64,000 bases of DNA from Octopus vulgaris (Eukaryota), in the NCBI GenBank assembly GCA_951406725.2, contig OX597824.1, positions 75,206,001 through 75,270,000 on the forward strand, written 5' to 3'. The notes beneath the pieces are model-generated. The model did not search any database. It saw only the letters and a program-made list of their open reading frames with translations, and had not been told where the DNA came from. Made by a program: the position numbers and the translations under genes. This document shows, piece after piece, positions 39,486 through 52,917 of this stretch. Positions within the stretch are counted from its first letter, which is position 1; each line of letters opens with the position of its first letter.

Positions 39486-40100
39486 AATTTATACGGCAAT
39501 AAGAAAAAGGAGGGGGATCAAGAGGTGGTATTCATCAACTTTTAGACATATTATGTCTATTTTTTGAAAAAATTATAACAATATACATGCATGTATGACA
39601 GATTATGCTTTACTCTTTTACTTGTTTCAGTCATTTGATTGTGGCCATGCTAGAGCACCGCCGTTAGTCGAAGAAATTAACCCCAGGACTTATTCTTTGT
39701 AAGCCTAGTACTTATTCTATCAGTATCTTTTGCTGAACTGCTAAGTTACGGGGAGGTAAACACACCACCATCGGTTGCCAAGTGATGTTGGGGGACAAAC
39801 ACAGACAACCAAACACATACATATATATATACATATATATGACGGGCTTCTTTCAGTTTCCGTCTACCAAATTCACTCACAAGGCTTTGGTCGGTCTGAG
39901 GCTATAGTAGAAGACACTTGCCCAAGGTGCCACGCAGTGGGACTGAACCCGGAACAATATGGCTGGTAAGCAAGCTACTTACCACACATGTATGCATATT
40001 GTTATAATTGTTTTTTTTTTAAATAACTAAACAGACATAATATAAAAATTTATGAATAGTACCTCTTGATCCCCTCCATTGTCTTATTGCTGTATTTAAA
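39486..40100. repeat. Diverged fold-back with arms of about 110 bp and a family B SINE in its centre
   Basis: GCAATAAGA...GGGGATCAAGAGGT...AATTATAACAATAT recurs as the reverse complement at 39987-40100. Confidence 0.8.
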
Positions 40101-40131
<31 letters not shown>

Positions 40132-40374
40132 TGTACTTGTTTCAGTCATTTGACTGCGGCCATGCTGGAGCACCGCCTTTAGAGTGGTGAAAGAGTACAG
40201 CAGGGATCACCACCATCCCCTGCCGGAGCCTCGTGGAGCTTTTAGGTGTTTTCGCTCAATAAACACACACAACGCCCGGTCTGGGAATCGAAACCGCGAT
40301 CCTCCGACCGCAAGTCCGCTGCCCTAACCACTGGGCCATTGCGCTATAAATATATATATATATATCTATCTATA

Positions 40375-40420
<46 letters not shown>

Positions 40421-40533
40421 TAGGTGCAAAGCAACGCAGTATAATATCACAAGTATCAGATGACCGGTCACATGAAACTCCAAGTAAAGATTTGTGAAGA
40501 TTTTTTAGCGTTAATAAAATAGTACAATATACT

Positions 40534-40579
<46 letters not shown>

Positions 40580-40585
<6 letters not shown>

Positions 40586-40968
40586 AATATAAGAGAGTGG
40601 TCACTATATTGCTCACTCTAGCACCAGTTAATCCAAAAGGTTTCAACCACGAAAATACATGTTTCCCATGAAAGTCAGTACGACTGTTAGCTCACACGGA
40701 CAGGGCAAATAAAAAATAACAAAAATACAGATTATTTTGGGACAATTGTTTCGCTATTAATGAATTAAATGTAATTCATTTAATTCATTAATAGCGAAAC
40801 AATTGTCCCAAAATAATCTGTATTTTTGTTATTTTTTATTTGCCCTGTCCGTGTGAGCTAACAGTCGTACTGACTTTCATGGGAAACATGTATTTTCGTG
40901 GTTGAAACCTTTTGGATTAACTGGTGCTAGAGTGAGCAATATAGTGACCACTCTCTTATATTTATTTT
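40580..40968. repeat. Perfect palindrome with 192-bp arms and a 5-nt spacer
   Basis: 40580-40771 is the reverse complement of 40777-40968, with no mismatch found by eye. Confidence 0.95.
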
Positions 40969-43099
40969 GTAAAAATATTATAATATGTTATAAAATATTA
41001 TAATAATCCAGGTTTCTCGTAGCACTAGGCCACTTGGTGTTGAATAAATATACTATTAAATTAGTATCTAGATAGATAGATAGATAGATAGATGATAGAT
41101 AGATAGATATAAATATATATATATATGGGGAGAAAGAGAGACAGAGAAAGAAAGAGAAAGACAGTGAAAGGGGATGAAGAAATGTCAACTACACAATCAA
41201 AATGGTGATTGAAATGATGATGTTGATGATGGTGGTGATGATGATGATGATGATAATAAGAATTAAACTATTGATGATGATGTTAATCATGACAAAGTTA
41301 ATGACATCACTGATTGCGATGGTGAAGGCAATGATAACGATAAGTATGACGACAATAATTACATCACTGACTGTTATGATGAAGGTAACGATGACAACAA
41401 GGACACCAACGATGACGATGATGATGAAAATGATGATCATGATGATGATAATAAAGATGATGATAATGATAATGGTTACAATGATGGGAGTTCTGATGAT
41501 GATGATGATGATGAGAATGGCGATGACAATAATCATGATAATAATAACCCTTTCTACTAAAAGCACAAGGCTTGAAGTTTGTGGGGAGAGGTACTAACCG
41601 ATTACAGTGACCCCAGTGTTTCACTGGTACTTAATTTATCGACCCCAAAAAGATAAAAGGCAAAGTTGACCTCAGCAGAATTTGAACTCAGAACGTAGTG
41701 ATGAACGAAATACCTATTTCTTTACTACCCACAAGGGGCTAAACACAGAGAGGACTAACAAGGACAGACAAACGGATTAAGTCGATTACATCAACCCTAG
41801 TGCGTAACTGGTACTTAATTTATCGACCCCGAAAGGATGAAAGGCAAAGTTGACTTCAGCAGAATTTGAACTCAGAACGTAGTGATGAACGAAATACCTA
41901 TTTCCTTACTACCCACAAGGGGCTAAACACAGAGAGGACAAACAAGGACAGACAAACGGATTAAGTCGATTACATCAACCCTAGTGCGTAACTGGTACTT
42001 AATTTATCGACCCCGAAAGGATGAAAGGCAAAGTCGACCTTGGTGGAATTTGAACTCAGAACGTAATGGCAGATGAAATGCCGCTAAGCATTTTGCCTGG
42101 CATCCTAACATTTCTGCCAGCTCACCACTTTAATGATGAGAATGATGATGATGATGATGACAATGATGATGATGATGATAATCACTGTGATAATGATAAT
42201 GATTACGATGATGAAAGTGATGAGGATAATGATGGTGATGAGAACGGTGATGAGGATAATCATGATAATGATAATGATGATAATGATTATGATGATGATG
42301 ATGCTGACGATGATGTCAGTGATGACAACAACCATAATGATGATGACAATTATGATCCAATGATGATGATGGTTATGACAACCAGTTCCTTTCGAGCGCT
42401 GGGCCTCACGGAGGCAATGACTGAGACCTCTGGCATTATGTTGTGCTTGAGAAGAAGACCCATCAAGTTGAGTAAAATCACAGTTGTGGCACATACCAGT
42501 GTCACACAATTGGCACCCATGCCGGTGACATGTAAAAGCACCCATTACACCCTCGGAGTGGTTGGCGTTAGGAAGGGCATCCAGCCGTAGAAAACCATGC
42601 CAAATCAGACTGGAGCCTGATGCAGCCTTTCCAGTGTGCCAGCCCAGTCAAACAGACCCAATCCATGCCAGCGTGGACAATGGACATTAAATGATGATGA
42701 TGATGATGATGATGATGGTGATGGTGATGATGACAGTAAGCACCATCACCTTAAAAAAAAAAAACAAATACATCCAGTGTTTCATTTCCAGCCTCAGAAT
42801 GCGTCACCGAAATATGAAGTGCTAGGCAGATTCTTTTATTTTCTTTTTCTTGCTTCTGCTTTGTTTTGTTGTTTTTTTATTCTTTGTTATGTGTACTCTT
42901 AAAAGAATAAGTTAGATGTCAGTCAGTGGAGCAAACTTGGTTAAAAGCAGAAAATAATGATTAGTGTTGTAATTAGAGACATCAATTATAAAATCTGTCT
43001 AGCACTGATTATAGTGTCGAGAGTCTGGTTATCTTTAATAACTTGGAGGAGGAGGGGGGGAGACAGGAGCCGAATGAAATTGAGTACTTTTCTGCATAT

Positions 43100-43145
43100 A
43101 TTTGTGTATATATGTATAAAAATATACATATGTATGTATGTGTAT

Positions 43146-43202
<57 letters not shown>

Positions 43203-43212
43203 GATGTGTATG

Positions 43213-43247
<35 letters not shown>

Positions 43248-43314
43248 ATATATATATATATACATATATGTATGTATGTATGTATATATATATATACAAG
43301 TATATATCAATATT

Positions 43315-43382
<68 letters not shown>

Positions 43383-43435
43383 CACATGCATATGTATGTA
43401 TACATATATATACAGACAGACATATATATATATAT
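43100..43435. repeat. Compound (TA)n/(CA)n/(TATG)n microsatellite; similar tracts at 34310-34570, 46632-46748 and 52065-52143 (AACC)n
   Basis: Direct reading of the sequence. Confidence 0.95.
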
Positions 43436-43711
43436 CTTCAGGGATTGAAAAGTAGACATTTAAACAATGATGATGAAGATGATGTAGATGTGTGAGTGTG
43501 CGTGTGTGTGTAGACCTTGTCATCTTGAGATTACTTGATGGTTGCAAACGACCATAACTGTCTACAAGTGGTGTGATTTATTTCCAGACTAGTGTGACAA
43601 CTGTCTAGTCAAAAGGATATATGACTTAGCTTCGAAACAAATGATGGATGGTTACATGATGGGATTTAAGCCACAGATAATCCACCACCATCACTTGATG
43701 TCTAGACATAG

Positions 43712-43745
<34 letters not shown>

Positions 43746-45410
43746 GTACATATATTTCTTTTGTGAAACCACTAAGTTATAGGGATGCAAATACACCAAC
43801 ACCAGTTAATCAAGCATTTGTAGCAGACAAATACACACGCAACAGGCTTTTTTCAGTTTCTGTCGACCAAATCCATTCAAAAGTCTTTGATATACCCAGG
43901 AAGACACCTGCCCAAGGTGCCATGCAGTGGGACTGAACTGAAAATCATGTGGCTGGGAAGCAAACTTCTTATTTCTTTATTGCTCACAAGGGGCTAAACA
44001 AGGACAGACAAACGGATTAAGTTGATTATATCAACCCCAGTGCATAACTGGTACTTATTTAATCGACCCCGAAAGGATGAAAGGCAAAGTCGACTTCGGC
44101 GGAATTTGAACTCAGAATGTAGCGGCAGATGAAATACCTATTTCTTTACTACCCACAAGGGGCTGAACACAGAGAAGACAAACAAGGACAGACAAACGGA
44201 TTAAGTCGATTATATCAACCCCAGTGCATAACTGGTACTTAATTTCTTGACCCCGAAAGGATGAAAGGCAAAGTCGACCAGCATGCTAATGCTTCTGCCT
44301 GCTCACCGCCTTAAGCAAACTTCTTACCACACAGCTACACCTGAAAACACTTGCCCAATGTGCTATGCGGTGGGACAGAATCCAAGGTTACACAGTTGTT
44401 ACGAGTTTTTTCTTTCCTATTGCTCCAGTTCACTTAGCTTTAGAAATGAGTTGCGATGTCACTGGTGTCAAGCTATATCGGACTTTGCCTTTCTCTTGGA
44501 ATACGTCTGTGGTGTGAAGACGAGAGGTTTGTATGCATGGGCAACTGCTGGGCTTCCATAAACAACCTTGCCCAGACTTGTGTCTTGGAAGGGAACTTTC
44601 TAGGTGCAATCCCATGACCATTCATGACCGAATGGGGTTTTACCCTTTTATATGAATAAATTATATATATTTCTTTATTGCCCACAAGGGGCTAAACATA
44701 GAGGGGACAAACAAGGACAGACAAACGAATTAAGTCGATTACATTGACCCCAGTGCGTAACTGGTACTTAATTTATCGACCCCAGAAGGATGACAGGCAA
44801 AGTCGACCTCGGCGGAATTTGAACTCGGAACGTAATGGTAGACAAAATACAGCAACGCATTTCACCCGGCGTGCTAAGGTTTCTACCAGCTCGCCGCCTT
44901 CATATATATATATATATAGAGAGAGAGGGTGGCACACTTGTTTCTGTCTTCATTCCTGATCCGTCTCTCTCCAGATGGATAACCTTTACTTCCTCTATCT
45001 GTCTCACTATAATCTTTTTCTTATCACCTCCTTCCCACTTAAAAGTTTTTGTCTTGCATGTACTTGGTGACTCTGTCAGTGCAGGTGTCACTTAACAGCA
45101 CCCAATCCACACTGTAAAGTGGTTGGGGTTCAGAAGGGAAACCAGATGTAAAAACCTTGCCTGTCCTTGTTTCACATAAAAAGCACTACACACATTGCCT
45201 GTGCTTGTGCCTCATAAAAACCACTAAATCCACTCTGCTGAGTGGTTAGTGTTAGGAGGGGCATCCAGCTGTAAAAATCCTACCATAACCTGTCACAGAA
45301 GTCTGGTGCAGACTTCGGCCTGGCTGGCTCTTGTGGTACTGTCCCACCCATGCTAGCATGGAACATGGATGTTAAATGATGATGATGATGATGATGATGG
45401 TGGTGATGAT

Positions 45411-46148
45411 GGTGTGGTGAATATAGTGTCATTTAAATTATGCAAAACTGAAAATAACTCTGACATCTCACTTTGACAGATATATTTACCAAAATTACAT
45501 AAAAATATCTTGAAATACTTATGAGTAAATTTATTCAATAGAAACGTCATTGGCTTCAAAAATAGCCTCCAGACGACTTTGTAATCTTCTGCAACTCTTC
45601 TGGACGGTCTCCTTGTTTAAGTTGATGAATGCTGCAATAATCCTTGCCTTCAGTCCATCTTTGGTGTTACAAGGAGTTTTGCTGGTCTCTCACTCAACTG
45701 TGCCCCACACATAATAATCAAGGGAGTTGCAATCTGGGGAGTCAGGTGGCCAGATGTTAGGGGTGATGTGGTCAAAGAAATTGTCTGACAGCCATGACTG
45801 GGTTCTCTTGCTTGTGTAACATGGTGCAGAGTCCTGGACAACCTCATCCAGGCACTCGATGTAGGCCTCTGTGTTGAGTGTGAGAAGATGAATGGAGACA
45901 TAACGTCGCCATCACTAGTGATCTCTCAACACTCTGAAATGTTTGTATTGGAGCTTCTGGCATGAATGTCGTTTCCAGCATGTCGTTTCCAAATTTCTGG
46001 CGATTGAATCGTATCATCGTGCTGTTTTTCTTACAGATAGTGCCCAACTGATCCTACTATACTGTGTAGTCAACAAAATCAAAAACAAACAATGCGCATG
46101 CGCGAAATTAGTAATGTAAAATGGTAACAATTTACCCATTGCCCCCTG
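45411..46148 (-). mobile_element. Deleted maT-type (DD37D) Tc1/mariner element
   Basis: QDSAPCYTSKRTQSWLSDNFFDHITPNIWPPDSPDCNSLDYYVWG has 37 residues between the last two Asp; TA|CAGGGGGCAATGGG terminus. Confidence 0.8.
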
Positions 46149-46517
46149 TATCATCATCATCATCATCATTTAGCGTCTGCTTTCCATGCTAGCATGGGTT
46201 GGACGGTTCAACTGGGGTCTGTGAAGCCAGAAGGCTGCATCAGGCCCAGTCTGATCTGGCAGTGTTTCTACGGCTGGATGCCCTTCCTAACGCCAACCAC
46301 TCCGTGAGGGTAGTGGGTGCTTTTTACGTGCCACCCTGTATGTGAATATATATATATATATCGATGGGTGAATGAATTATCCTATGTTTACCGTCAACAG
46401 GGAAAATTCGATGAACCGATACCAGGGTAGCAAATTCACGTCAGAAACACGGTTGAAGCAACCTATCCAAAGGTAGAAACTCCGGGTTCATGTGCAGAAA
46501 TTTGTGTGTTACATATG

Positions 46518-46753
<236 letters not shown>

Positions 46754-47815
46754 GACACACACTGGGCTGTGTGTTGTGTTTTTGAGCAAAACACTCTATT
46801 TTATGCTGCTCCAGTTAACTCAGCTGTAGAAATGTGTTGCGAAATCACTGGTTCCAAGCTGCACCAACCTTTTCTTTTTCCTTGGCTAACATCAGTGGCA
46901 TGGAGAGTGGGGGTGCATAGGTGTTTGCTTGTCTTCCATAAACAACTCTGCCCAGACTTGTGCCTTTGAGGGGAACTTTTTAGGTGCAATCCCATGGTCA
47001 TTCATGACCGAAGCAGGGATTTTTACTCTTTACCCATCTCAAAATTAACTGAAATAAAATCATGTCGCATCAGTAGAAATATGGTAACAAAGAGGTTAAT
47101 CACAGGCCTGCTTGACTGAGGCTGACCAAGGGCTAAACAACAACAAAAAATCTTTTATTTTCTACATGCATATCTGGGACTACATTATCTAAAGTGTCCC
47201 CATTCCTTTGTGTGACATGATGGAAATTTGACTGCTGCTTCTAGTAAGCTGAGCAAACCATGTACAAGTTCTCTCCTTCTTCCCTTGCATGTATTTTAAT
47301 TAATCAGCAGCTAATGAACAAGTTAAAAAATATAACTATTGATGTGTAACTGATAATCAGTGAGTATATAATTAATTATATGCAAAAGCCAAATAATCAA
47401 TTTAGTTTAAGACATAATATATTTCTATGTTTAATTAAGCTTATTTATTCTATGGGTTATAATTGTTCTACATTCCTATATTTTCACGCATGAATGGCTA
47501 CAAGCGTTTCCTTAGATGGAACAATTTTTTAATGGTATTTATTTATATTTATTGCAGCTGAAAGCCTTCCCTAACTGCAAACCCACTTGACCATGTTACT
47601 CTTTTATTTGTTTCAGTCATTTGACTATGGCCATGCTGGAGCACCGCCTTTTAGTCGAGCAAATCAACCCCAGGACTTACTCTTTGTAAGCCTAGTACTT
47701 ATTCTATCAGTCGCTTTTGCCGAACTGCTAAGTTTCAGGGACGTAAACACACCAGCATCGGTTGTCAAGCGATGTTGGGGGGGGGGAGGGGACAAACACA
47801 GACACACAAACATAT

Positions 47816-47876
<61 letters not shown>

Positions 47877-48561
47877 TACGACGGGCTTCTTTCAGTTTCC
47901 GTCTACCAAATCCACTCACAAGGCTTTGGTCGGCCCGAGGCTATAGTAGAAGACACTTGCTCAAGGTGCCACACAGTGGGACTGAACCCATGACCATGTG
48001 GTTGGTAAGCAAGCTACTCACCACACAGCCACTCCTGCGCCTTGATGAATCTCCCAGAAATATAATGGGGTCTTAATTTTACTCTTTTCTATCACTTGCA
48101 TATTAAATTCATGAGCAAGCTGTTCCACTGATCAGATCAACTGGAAACTCTTGTTGTCATAACTGATGGAGTGGCATATCAGAGACAACAAATCCTTGTC
48201 CAAGCATGTGACTGCTTACAGTATGTGCCACTGAAAAAGCCTAAGAATGCTGAAATGCATCTGGTGCTTGCACAGGCTGCCGCTGGGCCAGATTTTCACC
48301 CTTATGATATTTATGGAGTTTTTAAAAAAGCAAGTCCACAAGAGATGTTATTTCAGGAAAAATACTGCAGTAACTGGCCTAAGGACAGTGTGTATACATT
48401 AGACATGATGTATAAATGGCTGTTTTAATTAAAAACTGCCTCAGTTGCATATAATGGATTTTCGATTTTTGATAACAATCAGTTTTGATTTCATATTTTA
48501 GTCATCATCATCATTATAATGTCCACTTTCTCACATTTGCATAGGTCGGACAGAATTTGTT

Positions 48562-50577
48562 GAGGCAGGTTTTGCTTAACCAGATGCCTTTCCTGTCACT
48601 AACTCTCACATATTTCCGAGGCAGGTTTTGCTTAACCAGATGCCTTTCCTGTAGCTAACCCTCACATATTTCCGGGGCAGGTTTTGCTCAACCAGATGCT
48701 TTTCCTGTCACTAACCCTCAAATATTTCCGAGGCAGGTTTTGCTCAACCGGATGCCTTCCCTGTTGCTAACCCTCACATATTTCCGAGGCAGGTTTTGCT
48801 CAACCAGATGCCTTTCCTGTTGCTAACCCTCACATGTTTCCGAGGCAGGTTTCGCTCAACCAGATGCCTTTCCTGTTGCTAACCCTCACATATTTCCGAG
48901 GCAGGTTTTGCTTAACCAGATGCCTTTCCTGTCGCTAACCCTCACATATTTCCGAGGCAGGTTTTGCTCAACCAGATGCCTTTCCTGTCACTAACCCTCA
49001 CATATTTCCGAGGCAGGTTTTGCTCAACCAGATGCCTTTCCTGTCGCTAACCCTCACATTTTTCCGAGGCAGGTTTTGCTCAACCAGATGCCTTTCCTGT
49101 TGCTAACCCTCAAATATTTCCGAGGCAGGTTTTGCTCAACCAGATGCCTTTCCTGTCGTTAACCCTCACATATTTCCGAGGCAGGTTTTGCTTAACCAGA
49201 TGCCTTTCCTGTCGCTAACCCTTACATATTTCCGAGGCAGGTTTTGCTTAACCAGATGCCTTTCCTGTCGCTAACCCTCACATATTTCCGAGGCAGGTTT
49301 TGCTCAACCAGATGCCTTTCCTGTCGCTAACCCTCACATATTTCCGAGGCAGGTTTTGCTCAACCAGATGCCTTTCCTGTTGCTAACCCTCACATATTTC
49401 CGAGGCAGGTTTTGCTCAACCAGATGCCTTTCCTGTTGCTAACCCTCACATATTTCCGAGGCAGGTTTCGCTCAACCAGATGCCTTTCCTGTTGCTAACC
49501 CTCACATATTTCCGAGGCAGGTTTTGCTTAACCAGATGCCTTTCCTGTCGCTAACCCTCACATATTTCCGAGGCAGGTTTTGCTCAACCAGATGCCTTTC
49601 CTGTCACTAACCCTCACATATTTCCGAGGCAGGTTTTGCTCAACCAGATGCCTTTCCTGTAGCTAACCCTCACATTTTTCCGAGGCAGGTTTTGCTCAAC
49701 CAGATGCCTTTCCTGTTGCTAACCCTCAAATATTTCCGAGGCAGGTTTTGCTCAACCAGATGCCTTTCCTGTCGTTAACCCTCACATATTTCCGAGGCAG
49801 GTTTTGCTTAACCAGATGCCTTTCCTGTCGCTAACCCTCACATATTTCCGAGGCAGGTTTTGCTCAACCAGATGCCTTTCCTGTCGCTAACCCTCACATA
49901 TTTCCGAGGCAGGTTTTGCTCAACCAGATGCCTTTCCTGTTGCTAACCCTCACATATTTCCGAGGCAGGTTTTGCTCAACCAGATGCCTTTCCTGTTGCT
50001 AACCCTCACATATTTCCGAGGCAGGTTTTGCTTAACCAGATGCCTTTCCTGTTGCTAACCCTCACATATTTCCGAGGCAGGTTTTGCTTAACCAGATGCC
50101 TTTCCTGTTGCAAACCCTCACATATTTCCGAGGCAGGTTTTGCTCAACCAGATGCCTTTCCTGTTGCTAACCCTCACATATTTCCGAGGCAGGTTTCGCT
50201 CAACCAGATGCCTTTCCTGTTGCTAACCCTCACATATTTCCGAGGCAGGTTTTGCTCAACCAGATGCCTTTCCTGTTGCTAACCCTCACATATTTCCGAG
50301 GCAGGTTTCGCTCAACCAGATGCCTTTCCTGTTGCTAACCCTCACATATTTCCGAGGCAGGTTTTGCTCAACCAGATGCCTTTCCTGTTGCTAACCCTCA
50401 CATATTTCCGAGGCAGGTTTCACTCAACCAGATGCCTTTCCTGTCACTAACCCTCACATATTTCCGAGGCAGGTTTTGCTCAACCAGATGCCTTTCCTGT
50501 TGCTAACCCTCACATATTTCCGAGGCAGGTTTCGCTCAACCAGATGCCTTTCCTGTTGCTAACCCTCACATGTTTCC
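48562..50577. repeat. Minisatellite, 36 x 56 bp
   Basis: Unit GAGGCAGGTTTTGCTCAACCAGATGCCTTTCCTGTTGCTAACCCTCACATATTTCC; first and last unit starts are 1960 = 35 x 56 apart. Confidence 0.97.
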
Positions 50578-51482
50578 AAGTAAGATGTTATTTCCCAACG
50601 GGCAAAAAAGGATTCCATGGAAATCTGGAAATAAATGACATCGCTAGCACAATGGTGATGCTTGTTGACAACCATCACAATTTCAAGACAAGACACACAC
50701 ACACACACACACCCACACACATACACACACACCCACACACGCAAAAGGCTTCTTTCAGTTTCTGTCAACCAAATCCACTCACAAAGTTTTAGCTGGCCTA
50801 AGGTACAATTAAAATACATTTGACCAAGGTGCCATGTGATGGGACTGAACCCAAAACCACATGGTTGATCAGCAGCTAGCTTCTTAATCACACAGCCATG
50901 CCTGCTCTTGAGTTGGTCTTCGTAATAAATCATATGGCCATTCACATTTTACTTATAAAGATGAATCATAATTGTTATAAATCGCTCCAATCTTTCATAA
51001 TAAATAATGCTTCATTGTAATAAATCACTCGTATCTCTCTGTAATAAATCATTCAGAGTTTAATCATTATACAAATAAATCAAGTAACATTCAGTTCATG
51101 TAATTGATGATTATTAACGATATGGTTTCACTTAAACTTTCTGATCTTCAAATAAACGATCGCCATTAAACGATATATATTGCATCATAACTGGGAAAAT
51201 ATTTTTTTTAATATTATATAAATCTTTTATCCTTTTACCTATTATTTCTTTCAGCGATGCACACACACACACACACACTCATACACACACACACACAATG
51301 GTCTTTTTTTTTAGTTCCTGTCTACCAAGTCCACTCACAAAGCTTTGGTAAAACAGAAGCTATAGTAGGAGACACTTGCACAAGGTGCCATGCTGTGGGA
51401 CTGAAGCTGGAACCATGTGCTTGGGAAGTAAACTTCTTACCACACAGCCACGCCTGTGCCTCTATATATATATATATATATA

Positions 51483-51741
51483 TATATTTCGGAATGGTCA
51501 TTTTGCCAGTTTAGCCAATAAAAACACACGCACTATATATTTGGTGTTATTTTGCTTCAGAGTTATTTATTTTTTACATTAATCTTAATCTTATTTTGGC
51601 CAGAGTGTGACGAAAGAACTCTGGCCAAAATAAGATTAAGATTAATGTAAAAAATAAATAACTCTGAAGCAAAATAACACCAAATATATAGTGCGTGTGT
51701 TTTTATTGGCTAAACTGGCAAAATGACCATTCCGAAATATA
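51483..51741. repeat. Perfect palindrome with 124-bp arms and an 11-nt spacer (GTGACGAAAGA)
   Basis: 51483-51606 is the reverse complement of 51618-51741. Confidence 0.95.
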
Positions 51742-52771
51742 ACGGTTTCTGTGGCGTATGTGTTCCCCCCCAGCTGGACGGGACGCCAGTCCATCGCAGC
51801 ATTACCCAAGAAACAGGAAGAGAGAGTGAGAGAAAATTGGGGCGAAAGAGTACAGCAGGGGTTGCCACCACCACCTGCCGGAGCCTCATGGAGCTTTTAG
51901 GTGTTTTCGCTCAATAAACACACACAATGCCTGGCCTGGGAATCGAAACCACGATCCTCCGACTGTGAGTCCGCTGCCCTAACCACTGGGCCATTGCGCC
52001 TCCACATGCATGCATATATAAAAACAATAATATCATAACACCCAGCCCAATAATCTCTTCTTCCACCAACCAACCAACCAATCAACCAACCAACCAACCA
52101 ACCAACCAATCAACCAATCAACCAACCAACTAACCAACCAACCAGTTAGCCAGACAGCCAGACATGAAATAATCTCGCCTAGTGAAAAGATGATCTTATC
52201 TTCAATGTGTGTTCCACTGACGAGGCTAATTTGTGTCTTCTATTGATTAATTGCCAGACCACATTGGAATGCTGTTAACGAACTGAGCTAGTCTTTCCTC
52301 GTCTAATGAACTTAATTGGAAATTTCAGCCAATCACGTCTGGACTGAAAACACACTGTGATTGCTTTTGGTGTGTTTTTTTTCTTCTTTTTTTGCTGTGA
52401 CTTATTTGCTTGTTGGTTCAAGTATCTGTTTTTTTATTTCAAATTTTTATGTTTACTGATTTGTTTATTTATAAATAATCATGCTGTTGTTGTTTTACTA
52501 TTTTGTTTATTAATATTCTTTTTTCATAATTAATCTTTGTAGTACCTGTTGCTTTTTTTTTTTATATTTTTGAATTCACAGGTATATTCACAGGTGAAGG
52601 CATGGCTGTATGGTTAAAAAGTTTGCTTCCCTAGCATGTTATTTCGAGTTCAATCCCTCCACACAGAACCTTGGACAAGTGTCTTCTACAATAGCCCTGG
52701 GCCGACTAAACACTTGAGAATGGAGTTCAAAAAGGGAAACTAAAAAAACCCAGTTATATGTATGCATATAC

Positions 52772-52821
<50 letters not shown>

Positions 52822-52917
52822 CGGGAGGCTTTATGAAAATAAACAAAAGACGAAGGCAGGTGGAATACAAACAAACAATTGTATTAGTATGGCGCTCAGG
52901 AATATAAATAAAACAAG

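Noticed and set aside
40440-40530. CAGATGA...GAAAC hammerhead-like string next to the large palindrome
   Set aside because: The core is altered and no consistent stem I/II register could be drawn.
41189-43547. Long poly-Met/Ile/Asp/Tyr ORFs (also 2900-3244, 24292-24715, 34007-34799)
   Set aside because: Translations of (GAT)n, (AAT)n, (TA)n and (TATG)n microsatellites.
48171-48428. 85-aa ORF with GPDFHPYDIYGVFKK
   Set aside because: GTG start inside a SINE tail, no splice support, and only faint mariner-like similarity.
48562-50577. CRISPR-like regular array
   Set aside because: Contiguous 56-bp units with no unique spacers and no cas genes, in a eukaryotic context.
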